Shown here in pieces: positions 18,594 to 27,947 of a DNA stretch of 64,000 bases. The number at the start of each line of letters is the position of its first letter. Within the stretch, counting starts at the first letter, position 1. The position numbers and the translations under genes are program-made. Source of the DNA: Spirochaetota bacterium. GTDB taxonomy: Bacteria > Spirochaetota > JAGLSM01 > JAKPMW01. Below the pieces are notes generated by a model. That model was not told where the DNA came from, did not search any database, and worked only from the letters and a program-made list of their open reading frames with translations. Location of the stretch: contig JAITCI010000020.1 of assembly GCA_031283155.1 (NCBI GenBank), forward strand, positions 27,414 through 91,413, given 5' to 3'.

Positions 18594-18739
18594 CGTATCC
18601 CTCCGCTGTATACTTCCAGAGTAAATTCCATAGAAAAATGTAGCAAAAACAAAGCTTTCTGTCAAACGCGAAGCGTCTGCTACAGGCTTGATCCGCTGCC
18701 TGCGCTCCCCTAATATAAATATAAAAGGGGAGGGTCATA

Positions 18740-19723
18740 ATGCGCGCGCTGGTGACAGGATCATCGGGGTTTGTGGGGAGCCATCTCGCGGAGGAACTCG
18801 TCCGGCAAAATTGTACCGTTCGCGTGATCCTGCGGGGCGGCGCACGCTTCGCGCCCTGGCTCAAAGATCTGCCCCTGGAATGCGCCGAAGCGGAATATAC
18901 CAACCCCGAATCGCTGCAACGCGCGCTCCGCGGCGTCGATATTGTGTTCCACGCCGGCGGCGTCACGAAGGCGCTGACGCCGAACGGCTACATCGACGGA
19001 AATGTGCTTCCCACAAAGGCTCTGCTTGAGGCGGCTTCTGTTGAAAAAAATATCCGGCGCTTTGTACTCGTATCGTCGCTCGCCGTGATGAGTCCGGCGT
19101 CCGGTTTGGGCGAACCCGTCCGCGAGGACGACGTCCCTCGTCCGGTGGAGGCCTATGGCCGATCAAAGCTGATCGCGGAACTGGTTGCGCGCGCGTATTC
19201 CGACCGCGTCCCCATTACGATCATCCGCCCGCCTGCGGTATACGGCCCGCGCGACCGCGACTTCCTGAAGGTATTTGCCCTGATCCAAAAACACGTCAAC
19301 CCTTATTACGGCAACGCAAAAAAATATACTTCCATCATCCATGCGCGCGATCTGGTTGACGGCATGATCCGCGCGGCGCTCTCTCCGCAGGCCGCAGGCC
19401 GCGCCTATTTTCTGTGCAACGACGAGCCGCTCTCCTGGCGCGAATTGCAGACCGCCATGAAAACCGCCATGCAGCGCCGCGCCCTTGATCTTTATTTGCC
19501 GGGATGCACGCCCACGCTCGCCGCCTGGTGTGCCGAACCCATTTCAAAGCTGACCAAAAAGCCATCTATCATCAACCGCGAGAAGGCGCGGCTTGGCCGC
19601 CCCCGATATTGGATAGCCTCGAATGAACGCGCGCGCGCCGAGCTTGGCTTTGATCCGAAAATAAGTCTCATCGACGGCCTCGCCGAAACATACAGATGGT
19701 ATACGGAAAACGGGTGGTTATAG
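18740..19723 (+). CDS. NAD-dependent epimerase/dehydratase (SDR family)
   Basis: N-terminal Rossmann motif ALVTGSSGFVGSHL and a YxxxK-type extended-SDR pattern. Confidence 0.8.
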   Translation: MRALVTGSSGFVGSHLAEELVRQNCTVRVILRGGARFAPWLKDLPLECAEAEYTNPESLQRALRGVDIVFHAGGVTKALTPNGYIDGNVLPTKALLEAASVEKNIRRFVLVSSLAVMSPASGLGEPVREDDVPRPVEAYGRSKLIAELVARAYSDRVPITIIRPPAVYGPRDRDFLKVFALIQKHVNPYYGNAKKYTSIIHARDLVDGMIRAALSPQAAGRAYFLCNDEPLSWRELQTAMKTAMQRRALDLYLPGCTPTLAAWCAEPISKLTKKPSIINREKARLGRPRYWIASNERARAELGFDPKISLIDGLAETYRWYTENGWL

Positions 19724-19965
19724 AGAGCCGCGAAAAAGACACTCAGCCGCGAACTAAGTCTTCGTCTTTTTTATTTGCGGCAACAGCTCCGGCTTTTGTC
19801 AATGCGCCCGAATTTTCCGCCGAGCAGGGCGAACGGTGCCATAATGTACTCCCCTCGCCAAAATCGCCATCCGTGGCGGCGAGGGGTTTCCACATCGTGT
19901 TCCAAGCATACAACGCCCAAAGCGCTGACCTTCCGTAAATAAAAATTCAGTGCTTTGCAGCGCCT

Positions 19966-20589
19966 CTACAGATCGGTACTCGTGATCTTACTTGGCGTCT
20001 TAAACTCGCTGCGTAATTCGCGTTCCAGATCAAGCCAGTTATAGTCCAGCGCAGAATAGGTGAGTACGATCCGGAGCTTGTCGGTTTTCCAGGTGTACCT
20101 GCCGTCAAAGCGTGTGCCTTCGGGTTCGTCACTCTGCACCTTTCCGTACTTATCCATGAGGGCGGTACGCAGGGCGTTGAAAAAACGATAGTCCTGATCA
20201 TCCACGCTGCGGAAGTTGTTGACAAGGCGGATGCGAACGAGCTGTTCCTTGTAGAACACCAGATAGATATCGCTGCGGTTGACGGTAAAATCGCCGATGA
20301 CAATATCCGCCTTAGGACTGTAAAAATCACAGCCGTTTTCGTCCCAGTCTATCATCACGGGCGCGGGGCGGATCTTCAGGATATTCTTGAAATCCTTGAG
20401 CTTCGCGCCAAAATAAAAGCCCTTGAAATTTTCCCCTGAAGGTGCCTGTTCCTCTTCCGTTGCCGCCGCATCGGAAGGCACCTCTGCTTGCTGCGCGAAG
20501 GGAGAGTGATTTTGGGCGAGCAGAGCGCCGCCGGTGAGTATAAGGGCAAAGCCAAGAAAAGCGCAGAAGGCGATTTTTTTGTTTTTCAT
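19966..20589 (-). CDS. hypothetical secreted protein
   Basis: N-terminal signal peptide (MKNKKIAFCAFLGFALILTGGALLAQ). Confidence 0.5.
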   Translation of the reverse strand: MKNKKIAFCAFLGFALILTGGALLAQNHSPFAQQAEVPSDAAATEEEQAPSGENFKGFYFGAKLKDFKNILKIRPAPVMIDWDENGCDFYSPKADIVIGDFTVNRSDIYLVFYKEQLVRIRLVNNFRSVDDQDYRFFNALRTALMDKYGKVQSDEPEGTRFDGRYTWKTDKLRIVLTYSALDYNWLDLERELRSEFKTPSKITSTDL

Positions 20590-20714
20590 CGGTTTCCTCC
20601 AAAAACAAGCCTTTGGCAGATTATCGGCATTTAAGCTGAAAACTTTACAAAAAAATGTGTTTCTTGCATCCCTGCGCCGGGACGCGCTATACTGGGCAAA
20701 GCCTGTGAGCGAGG

Positions 20715-21080
20715 TTGCAAATTATGGAACAGTCGGCGCTGGAGCAGAGGGAAGATCTCTTCCGTAAATGGGTTGTGCAAAGCTGGTTCAGCGCCTCCGC
20801 GCGAAACCAGCGGGATTTTGAGATGGAACTGCATGAAGTCTGGCTCACCCTCTTTTCCAATCTCTACGATGATCTCTCTGAACGCCTCCCGAACCGGGAG
20901 GCCTGCGACGCCCTCTTTCTGGAATTCTCCAATTCGATCTTCCCCGCAGCGCTGGATACCTATAAATGGTACGCAAGCGAAAAACTTGGCGGCGATATCG
21001 GGCTGCTGGCCGCCCTGGCGCAAATCACCGGCGAAGCCTGGTTTATTGAACTCCTCTCCAGTTTTTCGCAAACCTATTAG
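20715..21080 (+). CDS. hypothetical protein
   Basis: Small ORF immediately upstream of, and co-oriented with, the J-domain protein gene (5-nt gap). Confidence 0.4.
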   Translation: MQIMEQSALEQREDLFRKWVVQSWFSASARNQRDFEMELHEVWLTLFSNLYDDLSERLPNREACDALFLEFSNSIFPAALDTYKWYASEKLGGDIGLLAALAQITGEAWFIELLSSFSQTY

Positions 21081-21085
21081 CCGGT

Positions 21086-21892
21086 ATGCGCCGTGTCAAG
21101 CATTGCCTGGCCGTTATAGCGTATTGGCGCGGCAAGGAAGTATGCGATGGGCTGCGCGAAGAAGCGCGGTTGCGGCGGATACGCATATCCGGAGGGCTTA
21201 AGCGTTCCATCCTGCGGGAGGAATTCAGGAACAAGCCCAACGATCTCCTGCGTCGGCTTGCCCGCGAGATTCAGGATCGCGGTTTTCTTTCCATGCTCTA
21301 CACGCTCTACGATCAGCGGGAACGCGCGCTGCAGGCCGAGGGCGCGCGCAGAAGCAATACCGCGCGGAAACGCGCGCGCACCCTGGAAGAAAAATTTCTC
21401 GCAGCCGGTGCCGGCCGGTATATATCCCTGCGCGAGGCGCTGCTGGAAGAGGCGCGCTTGCGCAAGCTCGATCTCCCGGAAGATATGCTGCGCGACCATT
21501 GCCACATATTCAAAAAATATTTTGACTGGTCTACCGGGGCGCGGCTTGAAAAAATCCTTGCTCTGGACGAACAGGCTTTTCATCAGCGCGTCTATGCCTT
21601 CGCGGGCGAACTGGCGGCGGCGTCCGGCGTTTGGGCGCATAATCTGCGGTTTGACTGGAGGCGCTTCCGCTACGCTGGTTTTGAACGCGCGGACACCCTG
21701 ATCTTCATAAGCGAGCGGGAGCGCCACCTGCTCGCGCTTGGGCTGGATACAAACGCCGACCCCGAAACGATCCGCAAACGCTATATAGAGCTTGCCAAAT
21801 TGCACCACCCCGATAGCGGGGGCGAAAGAGAACGGATGCGCGAACTGAATGCCGCATACGGTTTTCTTATGAAGGAAGATAAACAACCCTAG
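21086..21892 (+). CDS. J-domain (DnaJ-like) protein
   Basis: C-terminal J-domain with the HPD tripeptide (IRKRYIELAKLHHPDSGG...LNAAYGFL). This strand was chosen over the overlapping antisense ORF because of the motif. Confidence 0.55.
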   Translation: MRRVKHCLAVIAYWRGKEVCDGLREEARLRRIRISGGLKRSILREEFRNKPNDLLRRLAREIQDRGFLSMLYTLYDQRERALQAEGARRSNTARKRARTLEEKFLAAGAGRYISLREALLEEARLRKLDLPEDMLRDHCHIFKKYFDWSTGARLEKILALDEQAFHQRVYAFAGELAAASGVWAHNLRFDWRRFRYAGFERADTLIFISERERHLLALGLDTNADPETIRKRYIELAKLHHPDSGGERERMRELNAAYGFLMKEDKQP

Positions 21893-22294
21893 TCAGACCC
21901 GCGCGAGTTCCCGCGAAAGCTGCTCGCCCATCCAGGCGACCTCATGCGCCATCTCAAGCATATTCGCCTCGGTGGAAACCTCCGGCGCGAGCGCGAAAAG
22001 CACGAGTTCCCCTTCAAGCAGCGCGATTCGCGCGTAGCGAAGCTGCATCGCCAGGCTAAGCATTTTTTCGAGACGGCGGAGAGCGTGTTCGCCGATATAC
22101 TCGCCCAGGCGCGTAAAACACACCAAAAGGCTTTCGCGGCCATCATCCTCGGTGGGCACAACATTAAGGCGAAAGAAGAGTACCCGCGAATGCTCCTCAT
22201 CCACAGGCACCTCCAGCACCCAAACGTCGCCATCGCGTCTGCTTACCGCGCCGAGAGCCTGGGCGAAGTTGAGCATAAGCACATCGAGCGCCAT
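21893..22294 (-). CDS. hypothetical protein, possibly YbjN/chaperone-like fold
   Basis: 133-aa ORF. The YbjN-like assignment is tentative. Confidence 0.35.
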   Translation of the reverse strand: MALDVLMLNFAQALGAVSRRDGDVWVLEVPVDEEHSRVLFFRLNVVPTEDDGRESLLVCFTRLGEYIGEHALRRLEKMLSLAMQLRYARIALLEGELVLFALAPEVSTEANMLEMAHEVAWMGEQLSRELARV

Positions 22295-22410
22295 AGGCCT
22301 TTCCTCGCGCTTTCACAAAGATTCAAATTACGATACACGATTTCACGGGGATTTTCAAGGATAGAGATTTTATTTTTCCGTACCTTTCTCATGTACGGAG
22401 GAGAGCAAGC

Positions 22411-23271
22411 ATGGATAATCTGACTTCGACCATTGAGCAGGTTCTCGCCGGTCTCGTGCGATCCTACCAGCAGGGAGGCGCCAATGGCATAAACGGGAAG
22501 CTCATTCCTTCAAGGGAGAGCATTATAACGGTTCTTCGCGCATTGCAATCCCTGATCTTCCCGGGATTTTACGAAAATGAAATTATAGATATGCGCACCA
22601 TCCGGAGCATCACCGGGCAGCAGTTATATTTTATCGCGCGCCGGCTCTCCGAAGAAATTGAAAAGGGTATCTGCCATAACTGCGATGAAGAGGGAACCTG
22701 CAATAAGCATGATCACTGCCGCGACAAGGCGCAGGCGATCACGGAGCGGCTCCTCACCAAACTCCCGGAGGTTCGCGAAACCATCCTGAAAGACGTGGAG
22801 GCGATCTACGCGGGCGATCCGGCGGCGAAAAGCCATTCGGAGGTCATTCTCGCCTATCCCGGCCTCGCCGCGATTACCGCTTACCGGATTGCGCATATCC
22901 TGGTGCGGGAAAACGTCCCCCTCATCCCGCGCATGATGATGGAGCATATCCATCACGAAACCGGCATTGATATTCATCCGGGAGCCTCGATTGGGGAGCG
23001 CCTCGTTATTGATCATGGCACGGGCATTGTGATCGGGGAAACCGCCGTTATCGGCAACGACGTTAAACTGTACCATGGCGTTACCCTCGGCGCGTTTGCG
23101 GTGACAAAGGAAGCCACAAACAGAAAACGGCACCCCACGATCTGCGATGAAGTAACCATATACGCCGGCGCGACAATTCTGGGCGGCGATACGGTGATCG
23201 GCAAGGGATCCGTTGTGGGGGCGAATGTGTGGCTTACCCATTCCGTGGAGCCCTGGTCCAGAATCAAATAG
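22411..23271 (+). CDS. cysE: serine O-acetyltransferase
   Basis: SAT N-terminal domain plus left-handed beta-helix hexapeptide repeats (DIHPGASIGERLVIDHGTGIVIGETAVIG). Confidence 0.85.
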   Translation: MDNLTSTIEQVLAGLVRSYQQGGANGINGKLIPSRESIITVLRALQSLIFPGFYENEIIDMRTIRSITGQQLYFIARRLSEEIEKGICHNCDEEGTCNKHDHCRDKAQAITERLLTKLPEVRETILKDVEAIYAGDPAAKSHSEVILAYPGLAAITAYRIAHILVRENVPLIPRMMMEHIHHETGIDIHPGASIGERLVIDHGTGIVIGETAVIGNDVKLYHGVTLGAFAVTKEATNRKRHPTICDEVTIYAGATILGGDTVIGKGSVVGANVWLTHSVEPWSRIK

Positions 23272-23287
23272 CAAATTGGAGAAAACC

Positions 23288-24610
23288 ATGCGCAAAACGA
23301 AAATATTCACGTTTGCTTTGCTGTGCGCTTTCTGCGCGTTTTCATGTAAGGGCGAGCCTCCGGTCCCCGCCGAGATCCGCCAGGCGCGCGCTGCGGAAGC
23401 GGCGGGCAAATACGGGGAGGCGCGTAAAATACTCGAGGCTGCGGAAGCCGCGCATCTGGATACCGCCGCTTTTTCGTACGCGCTTGCGCTTCTTTCATAT
23501 ACTTATTTTGATGATTTTTATAAAGGCGAAATCAAAACCATTATTATAAATGACCCGGGTTATAAAATATTCGGACACGCGATAAAAATGAACGACGCCG
23601 AGGGCCGCGATCTTGGGTTCATGCTGCGCGATCTCTCGCCTGTAATCGAGATACTGGATCGCGCGATTGGACGCGATCCGAAATACGCGGATCCCTGGCT
23701 GCAAAAGGCAATCTGCCTCGCCGAAATGGATCAGATGCCGCGCGCGCTCGAGATCCTCTCAAACGCGCAAAAATATCTCCCAAGCGAAGCGCGCGTCCCG
23801 TTTTTGGCCGGCAATATGTACGCGCATCAGGAAAACCATGAACAAGCGGCGCGCGCTTTTGCCGAGGCGCGCAAAAAAAATTCCCGCGATTCGGGCGCGG
23901 CGCTCTATCACGGCATTTCCCTGCTCGCCCTGGATCGCGCGGAGGAAGCGGAAGAGGCGCTTGGGCGCGCGGCCGATCTCGCGAAGGGCGTAAATGCCAA
24001 TGACGCCGATCGCGCCGTGTATGAAATGTTCAGTTGGTATTTCGGGCAGGAAGAATATCAAAAGGCGTATGCCTGGGGAAAGAAACACCTCGATCTGGTG
24101 AAAAAACGGGACAAGCTCTACCGGACGCTCGGGATAGCCGCGTATTTAAGCGATCATTATGCCGAGGCGGGCAAATGGCTCGGCGAGGCCATCGCGCAAG
24201 GCGCGGAGAATGCGCTCTCCCTGGCGCTCTATGCCCAGATTCACGTGAGCGAGGGTAAATTTGCCGAGGCGGAGGCACTCTTTAAGCGCTCACTGAAACA
24301 CGAAGAAACCGTTCAGGTATTGGCGCAGCTCGGGAGCCTGTATCTCGAAAAACTCAATTCGCCCGCGCAGGCCATTATAATGCTCGAACGGGTCATTGAA
24401 CTCCAGCCGATACATTATCTTGCGCGCTATCAGCTCGCCCTGGCATACCAGGCGGCGGGGCGCGATGCGAAGACCGAAATGGACGCCTGGATCGCGTATC
24501 TCGCCGTTATCAAACTCATAACGCTTGAGGAACTGGGTGCGCAGGAAAAGGAGTACGTAGAAACGGCGCGCGCGCGGATCCGCGAACTCGACGCCGTAAT
24601 TGATCCATAA
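23288..24610 (+). CDS. TPR-repeat lipoprotein
   Basis: Signal peptide with lipobox (CAFCAFSCKG). Multiple TPR-like helical repeats. RBS before the ATG at 23288. Confidence 0.7.
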   Translation: MRKTKIFTFALLCAFCAFSCKGEPPVPAEIRQARAAEAAGKYGEARKILEAAEAAHLDTAAFSYALALLSYTYFDDFYKGEIKTIIINDPGYKIFGHAIKMNDAEGRDLGFMLRDLSPVIEILDRAIGRDPKYADPWLQKAICLAEMDQMPRALEILSNAQKYLPSEARVPFLAGNMYAHQENHEQAARAFAEARKKNSRDSGAALYHGISLLALDRAEEAEEALGRAADLAKGVNANDADRAVYEMFSWYFGQEEYQKAYAWGKKHLDLVKKRDKLYRTLGIAAYLSDHYAEAGKWLGEAIAQGAENALSLALYAQIHVSEGKFAEAEALFKRSLKHEETVQVLAQLGSLYLEKLNSPAQAIIMLERVIELQPIHYLARYQLALAYQAAGRDAKTEMDAWIAYLAVIKLITLEELGAQEKEYVETARARIRELDAVIDP

Positions 24611-24658
24611 TCAAGAACAAAATTTGCGTATCTTTGACCTAAGCATAAATCCAAATAA

Positions 24659-25981
<1,323 letters not shown>

Positions 25982-26041
25982 CACGATGCCCGCGCGCAGA
26001 CGAAGCGTATGCCCGTACCCCTTAGGGGTACGGGCGTTACT

Positions 26042-27196
26042 CTATGCCCTTTTCCCCAGGTTTTCCGATTCGCGGTGTACTTCATCCACGCGCCTGTCTA
26101 TTTGCTGAATCATATCGACAACCTCGGTCATCTTTTGCACAACCTGAGAAAGGTTGGAATCCAGTTCCTGAAAAGCCTTGCCCGACTCTGTAACGAGCTT
26201 TTCCGCAGCAATCACCTTTTGGTAAACGTCCTCAATGAGTTCGCTGTTCTCCTTGGCGGCTTTCGCGCTGCTATTTGAAAGTCCGCGCACCTCGCTCGCT
26301 ACAACCGAAAAACCGACGCCGGCCTCTCCGGCGCGCACCGCTTCGATAGCGGCGTTGACGGCAAGCAGATTTGTCCGCGATGCAATGGAGTCGATATTCC
26401 GGCTTGCCTCGGCAACTTCTTTGACTATCGCGAGGGTGTCTTGCATATTCGCAACAATCCGATCCGTACGCTCACGCGCGGTATGTATGGTGGCAGCGCT
26501 GCCCTGAAAAACCGAATTGAGGTTTTTCGCGCTCCCTGCGCAGTTCGTCGTAAGAGTGAATATTTCGGAAATATGTTCCGCTATGCGGCTTGCGCCTTCC
26601 GCTATATTCCGCGATACGGTCTCAATCCTGCCCTTCGCGTCAACGTCGCTCACAATCTCAACATGCCCTATTTTATTTCCCGCCGCATCCAGTATGTAAT
26701 GCGTAGATACCTCCATGAGCGTAGACGGGCGGCCATCGCCGTACTCCTGATGGTAGTTGGTAATCTCCTTGCCCGCGCGGAGGCTCGCGATACCGCACTT
26801 TTCAGTCCCGCATATACCGGCTTTCCACTCGGAGCAATGCTTTCCGATGCAGGATTCCTTGTCCAGATTGAGATAGGCAAGCAGAGATTCAGTTACCTTG
26901 TTGATGAATACCCAGCACATATCCAGATCGGTTACGGTAATGGGGGTCGGCACGTTGTCGAGGGTGCCTTCCAGGAAGAGCGCCCGCCTGTATTGCCGCA
27001 GAAAATACCGCCGGACAAAAAAGCCGGATGTACCGGCCCAGATAAAGATCAGAGGGGCAGACAAAAAGAACTCATCCGGCCATGAAATTGCGGCACCAAG
27101 CCAGACAAGCAATGCGCCAATACATAATACGAACACCAAAACCGCCAAAGTACCCAATTGATGTACACGCTTCAGGGAAAACGCTTTCAAGTACAT
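26042..27196 (-). CDS. methyl-accepting chemotaxis protein
   Basis: N-terminal TM helices and the MCP signalling-domain core (TNLLAVNAAIEAVRAGEAGVGFSVVASEVRGL). Confidence 0.85.
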   Translation of the reverse strand: MYLKAFSLKRVHQLGTLAVLVFVLCIGALLVWLGAAISWPDEFFLSAPLIFIWAGTSGFFVRRYFLRQYRRALFLEGTLDNVPTPITVTDLDMCWVFINKVTESLLAYLNLDKESCIGKHCSEWKAGICGTEKCGIASLRAGKEITNYHQEYGDGRPSTLMEVSTHYILDAAGNKIGHVEIVSDVDAKGRIETVSRNIAEGASRIAEHISEIFTLTTNCAGSAKNLNSVFQGSAATIHTARERTDRIVANMQDTLAIVKEVAEASRNIDSIASRTNLLAVNAAIEAVRAGEAGVGFSVVASEVRGLSNSSAKAAKENSELIEDVYQKVIAAEKLVTESGKAFQELDSNLSQVVQKMTEVVDMIQQIDRRVDEVHRESENLGKRA

Positions 27197-27236
27197 ACTC
27201 CTTCTTCTGGTCCGAACCGACCGCCATGATCAAGTA

Positions 27237-27947
27237 TCAAATACTGCGCCCCTTGTGCATCGACTCCTGAACCAGGGCGTCGCAGCGCTCATTTTCGGTG
27301 TGCCCGCTATGCCCGGGTACCCAATACCAGGTTATATGATACGAGAGCGCCAATTTATCAAGCTTTTCCCAGAGATCGCGGTTCACGACTTCTTTATTTC
27401 TTTTTGTGCGCCAGGAATTTATTTTCCAGTACTCTATCCACTCCATCATTCCCTTTTGCACATATTGGCTGTCCAGATATATCGCAACATCCGACCCGGT
27501 CGGAATACGGCTGAGTCCCTCAAGGACCGCCATGAGTTCCATACGATTATTTGTGGTATTCGCTGCGTACTTCGCGCCCTCTTTCGTATTCCCGGAGGGA
27601 TCGCGGATAAACCAGGCTGCGGCACCCTTTCCCGGATTGGGATTCGAGCCGCCATCGCTGAAAAGCACATACCCTTTTTGTTCCGCCGGAGTGCTTTTTG
27701 AGGTACGTATATTGATCACAAATGACTTTGCGCCCCGGGGTCCGATTTCCTGATCAAGGCTATCGCGAATCGCGTCCGTATATTGCGCAACAAACGCCTG
27801 TAACTCCGGGGATGAAGCCTTTTGCATATACAGTGTGCGCTTTTTGGATTCGTAATAATAGTTAAGCAAAACAGAGCCTGAAGAAAATTCGAGCAAATAC
27901 TGCCTGCCGCATGAAATTGCCTGTATGGTTTGAACTTTAATTTTCAT
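27237..27947 (-). CDS. rnhA: ribonuclease HI with a ~95-aa N-terminal extension
   Basis: RNase H catalytic motifs (FSDGGS ... MELMAV ... YLDSQYV ... WVPGHSGHTENERCDAL). The start overlaps the stop of the upstream large gene by 4 nt. Confidence 0.8.
   Translation of the reverse strand: MKIKVQTIQAISCGRQYLLEFSSGSVLLNYYYESKKRTLYMQKASSPELQAFVAQYTDAIRDSLDQEIGPRGAKSFVINIRTSKSTPAEQKGYVLFSDGGSNPNPGKGAAAWFIRDPSGNTKEGAKYAANTTNNRMELMAVLEGLSRIPTGSDVAIYLDSQYVQKGMMEWIEYWKINSWRTKRNKEVVNRDLWEKLDKLALSYHITWYWVPGHSGHTENERCDALVQESMHKGRSI

Noticed and set aside
17565-18713. 382-aa + ORF
   Set aside because: It is antisense to the clearly identified REC-HD-GYP gene.
21077-21886. 269-aa minus-strand ORF
   Set aside because: It is antisense to the ORF that carries a canonical HPD J-domain, and has no motif of its own.
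26441-27085. 214-aa + ORF
   Set aside because: It is antisense to the MCP gene.
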